From: Laetmonice hystrix
Lineage: Eukaryota
DNA length: 64,000 bases
NCBI GenBank assembly: GCA_965235115.1
Contig: OZ249447.1
Location: 6,324,001 to 6,388,000, forward strand
Direction: 5' to 3'
Positions within the stretch are counted from its first letter, which is position 1; each line of letters begins with the position of its first letter. Positions 1-13,299 of this stretch are shown here, piece after piece. The position numbers and the translations under genes were made by a program. The notes below the pieces were generated by a model. That model was not told the origin of the DNA and did not search any database. It saw nothing but the letters and a program-made list of their open reading frames with translations.

Positions 1-907
1 AAAATGCAATTTTTTTCTCTATTAATAAAATATAAGATGAGGAACTTGTAATTAGACCGAACAATGGACGTTTATCTAAGTGAGCGCATAAAAGGGTTAT
101 AATATATATTGTCTCACACATACCAGTATATTATATAGATTTATGGGTCCAGTATCTGAGAACTGGACCGTATGAATTTAGAGTCACCAGGGCTGTGGGA
201 TGAAGTAATAACAGTGTGTTGTGTGAATGTGTGAATTACAGGGAGTGTCGGCAGTAAGTGACCCAGTAAGTTCTATTTGATGTGGCCTAGTTTGGGATGT
301 CGACAATATCAGTATGTTAACTCATGCGTCCCCTGATAACCAAATAGTGCTTGACTTGGGCCTGATTAAACCCAGCCGAGCGAACAATGAGCCACTGAAA
401 TGAAGAGATCAATTTACCAATTTTAGAAATTGAAATTAAACGGCGGAACAAGTGCACCAGTCAGGGGTGTGTTGACTGGTCTGCCTTTTTTTCTCATTCT
501 ATCTTCTCTATTTTTGTCTTTAAAGAGATGCATATTATTTGAGACGGATTGTTCCGGCTCAGACTAAGGGTCGGAGTGCATTAAAAAAAAACTTCAATCA
601 GTTGATATAATCTGGCAGTTATTTATGCACTAAAAAGGTCCCATTCACAAGTCAGGTGTACTGTTACACGGGAAAGCACTGTGGTTCCATTTAGACAAAG
701 GTTCAGCGCTGGCAGGGAATACAGTCTGGTTGCAAGGTGCCAGCAAAGTTTTTTAAGAGTGACACTTGAGGCAACTACCATCTAGGTTGTCTATCAACCG
801 TATATGGCCACCGGACGATTGGCTAGACGTCATGTTGGGAGAATGTTGCAATGTTGGGAGAAGTCTGGGAGATAAACTGGACATCAGAAATCATGTTCAA
901 CAATGTT

Positions 908-1887
908 TGAATCAGTAAGGATTCTGTGACCTAGGGCTGGGTCTCGGGTCTGAATCAGTAAAGGTTCGGAGACCTAGGCCTGGGTCTCGGGTCTGAATCG
1001 GTAAGAGTTCAGTGACCTAGGCCTGGGTCTCAGGTCTGAATCAGTAAAGGTTCGGAGACCTAGGCCTGGGTCTCGGGTCTGAATCAGTAAGGGTTTGAAC
1101 AGTGGTCTGAGTCTGGGTCTCAGGTCTGAATCAGTAAGGGTTCGGTGGCCTAGGGCTGGGTCTCGGGTCTGAATCAGTAAGGGTTCGGTGACCTAGGTCT
1201 GGGTCTCAGGTCTGAATCAGTAAGGGTTCGGTGGCCTAGGGCTGGGTCTCGGGTCTGAATCAGTAAGGGTTCGGTGACCTAGGGCTGGGTCTCAGGTCTG
1301 AATCAGTAAAGGTTCGGAGACCTGGGCCTGGGTCTCGGGTCTGAATCAGTAAGGATTCTGTGACCTGGGCCTGGGTCTCGGGTCTGAATCAGTAAGGGTT
1401 CGGTGACCTAGGCCTTGGTCTCAGGTCTGAATCAGTCAGGGTTCAATGACCTAGGGCTGGGTCTCGGGTCTGAATCAGTCAGGGTTCAGTGACCTAGGGC
1501 TGGGTCTCGGGTCTGAATCAGTAAGGATTCTGTGACCTGGGCCTGGGTCTCGGGTCTGAATCAGTAAGGGTTCGGTGACCTAGGGCTGGGTCTCGGGTCT
1601 GAATCAGTAAGGGTTCGGTGACCTAGGCCTGGGTCTCGGGTCTGAATCAGTAAGGGTTCGGAGACCTAGGCCTGGGTCTCAGGTCTGAATCAGTAAAGGT
1701 TCGGTGACCTAGGGCTGGGTCTCGGGTCCAGCTGAATCAGTAAGGGTTCAGTGACCTAGGCCTGGGTCTCGGGTCTGAATCAGTAAGGATTCAGTGACCT
1801 AGGCCTTGGTCTCAGGTCTGAATCAGTAAGGATTCTGTGACCTGGGCCTGGGCCTCATGCATGGGTCTCGGGTCTGAACTAGTAAGG
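908..1887. repeat. Minisatellite, ~43-bp unit, ~22 copies
   Basis: Unit TCTGAATCAGTAAGGGTTCGGTGACCTAGGGCTGGGTCTCGGG recurs with period 43 (e.g. TGAATCAGTA at 908 and 951), with point variants and no unique spacers. Confidence 0.95.
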
Positions 1888-2850
1888 CCTATGAAAGAAC
1901 TGACAAATTAATCGCTAAAAGTTGATAGAGAGAAGAGGCGATAAAACAAAGATCCATCAGTGGTTGATTTATCTACAACCCTTAATTGTTCCACCTGAGC
2001 GCACCTGAGCGCACTAAGAAGCAGGCTCCGGGTCTATTCAGTAAGGTCATGGTTAGTAACTGGATCGTAAAATCCTTGCCTTCATTGACATGTCGTTATC
2101 ATTGATAACGATGGGTTTGGTAAGACTGGCAGTCGGACCGTCATGTCGGCCTTTGTCTCAGGCCAAGTCCAGTCCCCAGTCTCCACTCCTTGTTCCCCCA
2201 CGCTATGCCTTCCCACGCCTGGTGACGACCCGGCCAAGGAATCAATTGTTTCCTGTTCTTCCTGCCACCAGTGACCGTCGATCAATGAAGTGTAATTGGG
2301 GCGGGGTGCTGGGGTTGAAGCACTCCCAGGGTCGGGGTGAGGTTGGGTTGGGGGGTTAGAGGGGAGGTTCTCCGTGTTGACCCATCGTGACAGGGAATCC
2401 CCGGCCCCGCCGCCGCTCCCGTCCGCTGGGATCCAGACCTGACCGAGATGACCCTGCTCAAGGTCACGTTCTTGTCTTGGCCACAGTTCTGACAGCCGCC
2501 AGCCACGTGAACCTGACCCGGCCGTGTGCAAGGATCCATCTGAGCGTCAAACGTCCAGCTTCTTTTTATTCTCTCCAGCGACAGATTTTTCTTTATCCCA
2601 AGTGAGCTAAAGCTACAGGAGGTCAAGTTGACGGGACGTTATTTTCCTCCGCCGTTTAGAATTGATGCACATATTTTCATTGTCCTACAAAACAGCTTTT
2701 TCATTCATTCGATTCGGGAATTTACAACCGCAATCAGAACCCCCTCCCCCTTTCACGATCAGCCAGTCCGATCGTATCAGCCTATGTCAGAAACTGACGG
2801 TAGTTAACGAGAGGAGGGATCCGGCGGGTCGGCGTCCCCATCACCGGTAT

Positions 2851-2864
2851 CGCCCCCTGGTGCC
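2851..2864 (-). promoter_or_regulatory. CTCF-like motif
   Basis: Reverse complement GGCACCAGGGGGCG is close to the bilaterian CTCF core CCACCAGGGGGCG. Motif match only. Confidence 0.3.
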
Positions 2865-3142
2865 TTGTCTTATCAACTCCTAATGACCTGTATATACAGT
2901 GAGAAAACAAATGGCTTTCTGCGAGTTTCCAACCTTGCCAAATGTTGGCAGACTGTAACTAACGCGAATGTGAGATTCTACTGCCAATCCAAAACAAACA
3001 CCCTGGCGTCACAAGTTTTGTCTGTTATCAGGAAATTATTTGAACCGTGGCTCTAGGTGCATTTTCTGGGTAGGTCAGTGTTAGCAAAGTTTTTTATTGT
3101 GCATGTTGGCAGCCAGGGATTCTTCCTGCAAAAGCACATTAA

Positions 3143-3349
3143 GGACCCTCGCACACTAAGCCGATTTACATCCGATCGGCCATCCGATTGATGATAAAAT
3201 GTATCTGATATTTGCGTCCGACGAAAAATATATATCTAATCTTTACAAATTAAATGTCCTTTAATGATTTGATGACACAAATTACCAATAATTTCAGAAG
3301 TTAAGAAAATCGGATGGCCGATCGGATGTAAATCGGCCCAGTGTGCCCA
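3143..3349. mobile_element. MITE, PIF/Harbinger-like non-autonomous element
   Basis: 39-bp inverted repeats at 3151-3189 and 3308-3346 (37/39 match) around an AT-rich non-coding core. TAA lies on both sides (3140-3142, 3350-3352), but the outermost bases of the ends do not match well. Confidence 0.7.
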
Positions 3350-6300
3350 TAACACAGTCATTGTGATTCAGCCTATGCCTCCGCTTCATTTTCTCATGAT
3401 ACTTTGAAGGGATGACATTGGTTCTATCGGCCTATTTGTAGTCAGTCTGGCCTTCTTCATTATACAATCTCATCACCACTGCTCTGTCTAATCTAGTGGA
3501 CTGAGTGCTCAATTTTCCCGGCGAGCGCTGTTTTGTTATTGATATTTTGTTTTGTTGAGATATTTACGAGGTTTTATGGACATATTGAAACAAGACGTGA
3601 CATTCCCAGAAGAAACACTTTAAGTGTTTTCTCCACTTGAGTAAGAGATTTTTGCTCCATTTCCGTCTTTCTGGGAAGTGTGGTTACTGCTCGTGAGAGC
3701 ATGCCTGTGTCACCAATATGCAAAAGATCATTTACACAAAATTAATATTAGATTCTTGTCACGTGACACTTGATGGTTTCTGACCTAGATCCTGGGGTTG
3801 TTTGACGCCCTTATCTTCCCGTTCAAAAAAAACGTACCACATTAATAATCTATAGCACGTAATTTAAAGCAACATCAATAATGACTGTGAGTCTCGGATT
3901 TCACCGGGCATGAGTTCCCAAATTGTACGGTTCCTTTGTTTTTGACATTTTTCAAGTGACAGAGATTTGTTGTATTGTCACGGCCTACGTCTGTCGTTGA
4001 CGGTTACATAATGGCCCCCATCTCTGCCCGAGCTGGTCGACCCCAAGGCCTAGGCAGATGATGACCGGGTATAGCTCTCACATAAACTAGGTCCGGTTTT
4101 TTGTTTATTTTACTAACCTTGTGCAGGCGTCAGCTATGTTGAGCTCAGCTAGAGCAGCACATTTCTTTTTGTTTTTTTTCTGAGATGAGCAAGCCTATGA
4201 AAACCCAAACCGGTCAACCAGCTCTTCACGTGAGCAACTGCTCATGTGAACAGAACAGTATACTCCTTAGCTCAGCTCAGCTCAGCTAAGCTCAGCTCAC
4301 GGTATACAGTAAAAAAAAGAAACAAACAAAAAAATAAAATAACAAAAATACCCCGGTAACATAAGGGCCCAGGCGTCACCCTGCAGGTCGATACTAGCAC
4401 TCTGTGTGTCCTATACCGTCAGCCAGATTTATTAACCCCCTGCCCCCACCCCCACCCCCTGCCCACATTGACGGAGCTCAAACCGTATGGTTGACGGGGC
4501 ACACGGCCTCAGGCCACGTATAGCACGTTCATTGCGTGTTGGTCTGGTGATCAGCCCGACATCAAACCTCCAGCCAACTTATTCCGCTTGTTGAATCAGA
4601 TCAATTTCTCCTCTGCTTGGCCTTAGTGCAGCCAGTAAAACTGTTTGATGAAACTGTTATTTATTGTGAAGATTTAGTGTTGGTGTATAGTTTTAACATT
4701 CCCCCGCGTGAAATAGTTGCTATCAACGTCGACGGTAAATTGCAGTAAGTTGTGAAAGGACGGGGACGAAGACTTCTGATAACCTTTTATTACGTGTTTC
4801 TTCTCATATAGTTTCTAGAAACCAACAATAAAAACATCTTCAGATTTGAAGAGATAGAAAATAACATGGCAGCTGACCTACATTGGTATTTCTAGGAAAA
4901 TAGTACTTTTAGTTGGTATTTCTAGGAAAATAGTACTTTTAGTTGATATATAATCTGACATGTTACATTGTGCACATGTTGATGTCGTTTGAACACCAGG
5001 CGAACGAGAAGAAAAGGGACAGCTAAAGTTCCTGGAATAAAACCCCTGTGCTGTCCACGTGACCGTACGAGTGCGGGTTGAAGGAGTGGCAACATTTCCC
5101 ATTGAGTTTGTGACCCGGAGCTGTGGACTGTCATGTTTGTGAAAGGTTTTACCAGAAACCTGACACCCGGTCCCGTGGGGCTGAGCTGGTCTTCACTTGT
5201 TGTTAGCAGCTTGAAAACTGCATGTTGTGAAGTTCAACTTGTGTGCTCTAGGGTCACCGAGAGAGGAGAACGGGTGGGGTGAAGACGATAGGATTCTCAG
5301 GGGGTTATAACCCCCAGGATTATCAACACTCACCCCCTGCGCATTGGCTCAGCTTGGCATTTTGTTTATCCCACTGTGTAGTGCCCCTGTTTAATTTAGG
5401 ATAATCTGTTTTCTACAAAATAGGGCAATGGGTTTAGCGAAACTTGAGCGTGGTTTTATCTGTAGGACGCCACTTCAGTTTGAGGTAGAGACGACCCTGA
5501 CTGTGTCAGGTCAGATACGTTTCATTACTCACCAGATTATATCTGTCGGACAAGACTGGAATTGTAACACAGACATTTACATTCAATAAGTGGAGAGAAT
5601 TAAATCTAATATTATGATGGACGGTTGGCGAGAAAGGTATGGGTCAGAATATAGGGTCAGTTTTGTCTTTACAAAATTGTAATATTTTAGAGTGTACTGA
5701 ACATAGTACATGTACAAATTTACCAAGCAGGTCAGGTGATTTGAAACGAAAGTGACTATAATTATTAGGAGTGTTAGAAAGGTGAGGTTAAGATTGTAGA
5801 TATGTAGAAAATACCACCCTTTCATAAAGTGATGATGATTCACAACTGTAATTTTTAGAATTGTAGCAACAGTAGAGTACTTAACATGCGAGTTATAGAT
5901 TATAAAGAGTGATAAACTCACGCTGAGTGATTGCTGTTGATGCAGCCCGTCTGATCATATCCATGTTGGATAGTTCCATGTTGATTAACATAATAAATTC
6001 CGTCCCAGGGTAAATCGTCCCCCCCCCCCCCATGTCGCTTCTGTCTCTAATTTGACTAATTTTTATTTTTCATTATGCTGTATTTACTTTCATATTCCAT
6101 TGATTGTTTTTTAGTTAAAGAGCCGTGCAGACTAACATTGACAAAAATGTGATTGGATAGGCATGTCTGTATATACATCGAGCCTTCTCTGTGGTGCGAA
6201 AATAAAACTAGGTGAAGATAGAAAGAACTGGCAATGATCACAGCCCTGCCGCCATCTGGTCGATCTGTGGGAAATAAAAATATTAATGGTGTAACAGCTA

Positions 6301-7614
6301 CTAAGTACCGCGGTGAGCCAGAGTACTTGTCCCTGACCTGGCAACAATTAAGTTATCTGACAACCTGCTCGAACCAGGCCCATTGTGTGCCTGTGGCATC
6401 GGGTCCGCCGACCCGCTGGGAGTTAGACCATTAGGTGGGTAGATTAGGAACATAGCCATCATTTCCAGTTAACCTCTCCCCCCCCCAAGGTGGGGTAGGG
6501 GGTGTTTGGGGGTTGTTTGAGACTCATGGAAGGTCAATGTGGATTCAGAAGGATCCATTTCAAAATATGTTGAATGTTTCATGGAGAGGCCAAGTTATCA
6601 GATAACCCGACGCTGGGACAGGGAGACAAAGGATTTGTGTGATAATAACTAAGTAAATATTGTTGGAGCGGCAGAGCTGAGCTAGGTACATTGGGCGTGG
6701 AGGGGTTTGATTGGTGGGTGGGAGGGTTTGTGATCAGTGGGCGTGTCCCATCACATCACAAACTCCACCCTCTCTCCCGGACATCAGAACAACTGCTGGC
6801 AATAGAGACGTCGTCTTGTGGATTACTCTGCTCTGACAGTTCCTGGGAACTTCTCCACGTCTGGTGCATTTCTCGGCAACTTCTGAGCTGTTTCTAGGAA
6901 CACAGGAATTGGCAGTGTCGTATTGTAGGATGTGGAGCGTGCGGCAGTGAATGATTGAACCCCCGCAGGTCGACATGAGGGACTTACCATACAAGACAAT
7001 CCCTGACTGGGGAGTCAGTCAGCTCAGGGAGTTCATGAGAGGCAGATTGAAGGAGTTCACTATGTATCCTCCTCCAAAATAGATGGACGTACATCAGTTA
7101 CTGACAGTGACAGAGGCAGTGGGCCTGGTCTCTACAACAAGTCTGGCGTTACCCCCTGACGGTTCCATGTCAGTCAGGGCAGTGCTTGCCAAGGTACGGA
7201 TCCCTGCCCCCTCACAGGTCGGGGAGGGGAGATTGTCTGAGGGCGGTCATCTGTTTCACTAGCTCAGGCGGTCTGCACTAGAAATCACCAAGGATTAATA
7301 ATAATACGATTATGACGTAATAAGAAGCTTGAGATGACCATGCACAGCATCCTTCACTAACTGTGATCAAAGACTAAGTAGTTTTCTTGTTATTGTATTT
7401 TGTAAAAGAGGGGTTTATTTCAGGTCTGTACCTCAGTGGCTGCAGCATGTCTACATGATTTGAAATGAGCCCCCCCCCCCCCCTCTCCCGTCATATCTCA
7501 TCCAAGATTGAATCTCATCATAGGCTTCAGTAAGGACTAAAACTCCTGTGAGTTGCTCCAGTGAGCAGGCCACGGCGCCTTGCCGACTGACCGGGGCCTG
7601 GGCGTTACATCACC

Positions 7615-8207
7615 ATGGAACGGGCCCTGTTCGCCCCCCGTCCGGCGGCGGCTGGCGCCCAGCCAAACCTTCACTCCTCCTCCCGCCTACCCCCACCGCC
7701 CTCCCGCCGGCTCTACCACTCCCTCAGTTTCACCGAACACATGAACCATATCTGTAAGTCGGCTGACATTGGCACTGCGCTGTCCGACACCACCGGCGCC
7801 GCCTCCAGTGTGACCACTACCGCCGGGAGAGCGGCCACTCGCAGTGCCGTGGCTGGATTATCGCTGCGGTCGGAGGACAAGGCCGGATTACTGGATGAAG
7901 GGGGTCTGTGCAGAGCCGGCGGATTACGCAGGAGTCTGTCTGCATGTGGTGCCAGGAGTAGGCCCCCTCCTCCTCCTCCTGCTGCTGGCGCTCTGCCTCC
8001 TTGTGTCCGTGGAGGAGATCGCTGGAGGAAGAGGTACGAGGCCAGGATGGAGAGTACCATGTACCCTGGAGCTTGCTCTTCATCATCAACTTCATCATCA
8101 CCATCATCATCATCATCATCGCCTTCCATGGGCAGACTGGTGCCTCCCCCCGACCGGAGCGTCTGTCTGACGGTCTACCTGCGCCGGTGGAGTACCTTCC
8201 ACAACAG
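7615..8207 (+). CDS. Candidate first coding exon of an unidentified host gene (low-complexity Ser/Pro-rich N-terminus)
   Basis: Strong Kozak context ACCATGG at 7615 and an open frame of 197 codons + 2 nt ending at a consensus donor CAG|GTGAGT (8207/8208). Contains poly-Pro and poly-Ser tracts and RRSLS/RRWST basic phospho-type motifs. No recognisable domain. Confidence 0.45.
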
Positions 8208-9277
8208 GTGAGTCCTCCACCCTCGTCATTGTCAGCGGCACTGATTACACTTGAGAGGATGTGTGGGCTGCCTGTCGTACACACCTGGTCACCGGTACTC
8301 TACCACCCAGTCCCCACATCAAATACCTACACATGCTTTCACAGATAGATGGAGAGCATATGGGATATGAGCTGTAGGATCGATACCAGGGACACATAGG
8401 TCCACAGTGGAATCATATGGTATTACTATACTACGGCTACTACGCGCCTTAGGCAAAAACGTCAGACAACGTTTTGTTCAAAGATTATAACGTTTATTAT
8501 ACTTTCTTTTCTAACTGGGTATTGTATACTGGTTATATATCAGAAAGAATCCTGTTCTGTTCGGAGATGAGCCCTCTCCCCTCGTGGCAGGCATTTGGTA
8601 GGTTCCAGTCGAACCCAGGTGCATGGAGTTAGGTTTATTGGTACCAGGTGACGTAATGTGGGATTCCGCCTTGTTTACCTGGGCCGTGTCTGGGTGCGTG
8701 GAGCCGTAGGATATTGAACTAAAGGGTGGGGTGGGGTGGGGGTTGTGACACAGACCGTTTGAAACCTCACACCTCCCGGCCTGGCTCTCAGTACCACGGT
8801 CAGGTAGGACATTAAATATTGATGACGATTGATGGCACTATTGTTGAGCGTGGGAGGCCCCCATACCCACCCCCTACCCCCATCTCCGATTTGATCAACG
8901 TCCGCACTGAAGGAGACTATAGTCGGCATGTACAAGCGATGATGGTCTGAACGCAGCCCAAGAATAAAATCAGCTGTTCCCGCAGGCCTGTTTTACTCCT
9001 CTAAATTTTTGGTAGTTTTTGTTCAAAATGCCTACCCCCCCCCCCCTCTCCCCCAGGTGAAATCATGCAGGAAACCCAGGCAACCCTTCCCAAAGAAGAA
9101 TGTTCAAATCGAATTATACGCGCACAGTAGCGTTCAGTTTCAGGTTGAATAACTAGGTGAATGGATATTAAATTATTATGAAGAATTAGGAAAGCGGCAT
9201 TGGTAGCAAATTAATAACGTATAACATAGACCTATAGTCAATAGTGAGTAAACTGTTGCTGTCGTAATTATGTTCTC

Positions 9278-9790
9278 AGAATAGGTGGCCAAACTGTTGA
9301 TGTCCTAACCATGTACCCGGAATGGTTGGCCAATCTGGTGATGTCCTAACAAAATGGTTGGCCAATCTGGTGATGTCCCAACAATTTGGCTAGAATGGTT
9401 GGCCAATCTGGTGATGTCCTAACAAAATGGTTGGCCAATCTGGTGATGTCCCAACAATCTGGCCAGAATGGTTGGCCAATCTGGTGATGTCCCAACAATT
9501 TGGCCAGAATGGTTGGCCAATCTGGTGATGTCTTGGCCAGAATGGTTGGCCAATGTGGTGATGTCCCAACAATTTGGCTAGAATGGTTGGCCAATCTGGT
9601 GATGTCCCAGTTATGTGTTCAGAATGGATTACCAAACTGTTGTATGTCCCAACCATTTGCCCAGAATGGATGGCCAATCTGTGGATGCAGGGCCTCATTT
9701 TGTTCGCTTTTTGTCCAACGTACTTTATCGTACAACTGTCACTGCGATGTAATACTAGGTGTCCAGAATGGTTGGCCAAACTGTCGATGT
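9278..9790. repeat. Minisatellite with mixed ~32-42-bp units
   Basis: Core AATGGTTGGCCAATCTGGTGATGTCC(C/T)AAC repeated about 12 times, degenerating at both ends. Confidence 0.9.
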
Positions 9791-9812
9791 CTCTATTAAG
9801 TATCTACTATAA

Positions 9813-10063
9813 CAGGGATTAAGCCAGGATTTTGAAAAAGAGGGACACCATGTCCCAATGCCCAGAATACTAGGGGACATTTTTAATATTTGGGGGACAA
9901 CTGCCTAATACTGTGTAGTGTATGTGTTGTTCTTGATTGGCATGCCTCTCTCTCGGTAGGCCCTCCAAGGCGGGACATTATGACGCAGCTAAGCTATAAT
10001 AAGGGGACATTTGGTTAATATTTTGCGCCAATGGCGCGTGGGCGCGCTCTAGCTAAATCCCTG
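9813..10063. mobile_element. MITE with CAGGG termini (hAT-like ends)
   Basis: Left end CAGGGATTAAGCCAG versus reverse complement of right end CAGGGATTTAGCTAG (13/15). Flanked by direct repeat CTATAA (9807-9812, 10064-10069), which is 6 bp rather than the 8 bp typical of hAT. Confidence 0.6.
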
Positions 10064-13000
10064 CTATAATAATTACAAGTCAGTCGGGCTGTTTGTCAGA
10101 TCAGTGCCGCAATCAAATACATCTAACTGCATTTAAGTTCACTTTGCATTCAGCCATTGTCGCTCAGGAAGATCGCCCCAGAAAATAAAATCCGCGGTAC
10201 ACAGATAAAGCACCATACTGGTGATGGTCTCATCACAATGTTGAGGCTGTAATGGTTACATGGGAATGATGTTAACGGCCTATAGTAAAACTTGGAAACG
10301 ATCACTTTACAATGCAACGCCTCACACAAAACGTTATAAAAACGTTTTATTAATGTAGGTAAACGTTTATTAAATGTTCCGTGGCACTTTGTAAACCACA
10401 GGCTGCCAGTAACCGACGGAGTATGGCGATAACCTGTGGATAGAGACAGCGTTCAGTAGAGTCGGTGGGTTTAGCTGGCATGCTGACACGATACAGGAGG
10501 AAGGACCCCTGTAGGACTTCTGATTGACAGAACCTGAGCCAGTGGAACTGTGTCAGCCTCATCAAAGTCAGGAATCTATACCTCAGTCTCAATGAGACCC
10601 CAATATCATTGAGACTGACCTACAAAACGTGCTACAAGACGGGGGGGGGGGGGGATGGTAGACCTCATTTTAAGCATGGCTTCACAAAGAGTGGTAGATT
10701 TCTTCTCTCTCTCACTCACTCCCACCCCACCCCACCTATTTACCCGTCTGGAAGGGTGGAAGTGATTTCCTCTCTGATATTTAGGTCAGTCAGGGATCTG
10801 AAGATGATAACAACGTTTATAGATCAAACCTCGGCCTGACAATCAATAGCGGTGGTTGGGTTGGAGGTGGGGTGTGATGGATCCTACTGCCCACAGCTGA
10901 CACCCCTAATAACATCACTCTCAGCCTAACATCCTACTCCATTTGGGTTTATATAGAGGCGGAGGGGGGGGGGGCTCCGAGTGTGTGGGGGATTTTCTAG
11001 AAAGAACTGTTGGCATGCACGCCATGTTTTAAATCGACCCGTAAAATTCATGCATGCCGTTTCCAGTAGACTTGATTAAAGCAGACATAACGTTAAGGTA
11101 AGGGTTTAAGGAGGCGCATCTGTTCGGTAAAATCTGAGACTGGGTGCAAGGTCTGGCTCTGGCGCAAGGTCTACAGACTGGCAAATTGAAACCAGGACAG
11201 GGCGCCGGTTAGTGCTGTTGATGTGTGATTGGAGGGGTTGAAGGAAATCTCCGTCGCTCAACTCCGCCGTTACGAAGGCATGTTGGCTATTGCTACATTG
11301 ACGTAACATAATCGAAGACCTCAATTATGCATAGGGCAAAGTCTGTGGCCGGGTGATCTGTCAATGGAAGTCCCTGGGTCTAGGCCTGGTTACAACCACA
11401 GGCGTCAACTCCAGGCGTCAGGGTGGTCGCCAGGTATTTCGCCATGGCGTATGATTCGTATATATGTTACATAAGGAAACGATATTGTACAATGCGCCTC
11501 TTATGTTTTACAAAACGTTTCGGCCACCATGACATTTCCGGGCGTTTGTCATTGGGACGGGATGAGTGGCGCAGGTCATGAACTGAGTTTAGTCGGTCGC
11601 TAAGTCTGTAGTTTATCAGACAGGAAAAGTAGAGTTCGGAGTGTATCAAGAGGTACTGACTGATGTGGGACTGAAAGTGATAATCCACATGACATGTGGG
11701 ATCTCTGGTGCTTGCAGAAACTTCTAGTAACCGTGCGTTTTAAGGAAACTTGCTGATCTAATTGCTAATGTTAAACTTATGGAAATAGAACATTGCTAGT
11801 TTTGAGCTGTTTGTCTTTCTCCTCAAAATCTGAGCTACATCAACAACAGCTGGTGTGATGTGGTTAACAGAATCAAATATTTGGTTTCCTCGTCCACTAT
11901 GGGTCGTTTTATGTGTCGCATTGCCATTTTCCCACGGCTTATAAAATCTCCCAGAGTGAAGAATGACTAATTAGAAGTTGACTGGTGTCGTAATCAGGCT
12001 CATTAACTCATACAGAAGCCCTAAACATTGGCGCAGTGAATCTAAATTAAGCCCACTGTTGGGCCCGACCTGGGATGTTTTTCTCGGCTTCTTTAATTGA
12101 CATGATGCTGGAACTCGTCATTAATATCCACAATTAGTATGGGTTTTACGGGCGTCAGGCCACCTTTGGTTTAGGGAGTTGTTGGGGTCGCACTTGACCG
12201 AACTGGGACCCTTGTCCAGGATGCTCAGAGTTACAGCTCTTTTAGAGTTCTGGTGGGCTAAAGTGTAAGTTCCTTCCTGGAGCTAAGCAAGAATTCCAAG
12301 CACGTATTTATTTATTAGTCCAAAATCTGATAATTAATAATTACGGATCTGTAACATGGTTCCAAAATTTGATTTCATGTACAATGTGATTGTTATGTTT
12401 GTTAGAAAAGAAAAAGTTGTTTCAGATAACTTTATGGCCGAGAAAACTGCAAGTGGATACAGTTTTATTAGGTCTCTGTTGGAACTTCAAGCTTAAAGAT
12501 GTTACAGTTGTTTTAGGTGAGACCTTTTAGTTTAAGCATAAAAGCCCGTTCAGATTGTTCAATGGTAAAGTTGAAATAATAAGATTTCATACGTATGTTA
12601 TTCGTTATTCATCAATTCAAGAGTTATTTGATGTAATTTATTAACAACGCTTTAAGTTGTACTGCATGCGTCGAATGGAAAGTCACTGGAATGAACATTG
12701 CATGCGACTGAGAGCACTTATGGGCGGGAATGTATTTGGAAAGTTTTTTCACCTGAGAATTCCTAGCATACAAGACGACCGTACACATACTGAGGTTTCC
12801 CTGTAGGTGTCCCCGTGAGCATGAAATGATGCCACGTCAGTAGGCTACATTATGTCAGTGGGATTCATACCGATTAGTGTCCAGACAGGCTCTGGAGGAG
12901 GGAGGAAGGGGGGAGGGTGTTGGGAGACATTGGTCTATATTTAGTAACACATAGATCGTGGACACTGAGGGTAAATTTGTTGCTATGGACAGGATCAATA

Positions 13001-13127
13001 ATGACGAGCGAGCTTGTTTGCGTGGTGATTTATTTATCTTGGTTATTCAGTAGGCCCCACCCACCCCCAGTCTGAAGGACGGCCCTCACCATCCCCTCCT
13101 CAAGGAGGCCCGCTACCCCTTCCACAG

Positions 13128-13299
13128 TCTCCCACCCCTTGATAAGGCCGACATGTGTAGCACACAGATTGTATGGAGGTACTACCACACACTGTACACC
13201 CTGTCTGCCGTGACCACAGACCGTGGAGACAGCTGCTTCACCATGGTCCGCCGTCACAACCCATCGGCTGTTGGTGCCATTACTGGAGGGATATTGTGA
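13128..13299 (+). CDS. Candidate terminal exon that would join 7615-8207 in phase (254 aa total)
   Basis: Acceptor CCCCTTCCACAG| at 13127. The phase-2 join gives ...STFHN-S-LPPLDKADMCSTQIVWRYYHTLYTLSAVTTDRGDSCFTMVRRHNPSAVGAITGGIL*. Supported only by splice signals and phase compatibility. Confidence 0.25.

Noticed and set aside
4085-4370. MITE-like block with (GCTCA)n
   Set aside because: Partial end similarity, but I could not define TIRs or a TSD.
6691-7260. Degraded retroelement or pseudogene-like stretch
   Set aside because: Frames are interrupted and I found no diagnostic motif. The same holds for 17360-17900, 24480-24800, 25640-26480, 28250-28550, 29350-29900, 30836-31340 and 54500-55200. 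A translated homology search is needed.
8575-8680. tRNA-derived SINE or tRNA gene
   Set aside because: Only a B-box-like GGTTCGA word on the minus strand, with no A box spacing or cloverleaf. No rRNA or tRNA gene was recognised in the window.
10322-10380. AAAACGTT-rich motif family (also near 8455, 17900, 43180, 56590)
   Set aside because: Probably remnants of a dispersed repeat, but too short and degenerate to delimit.
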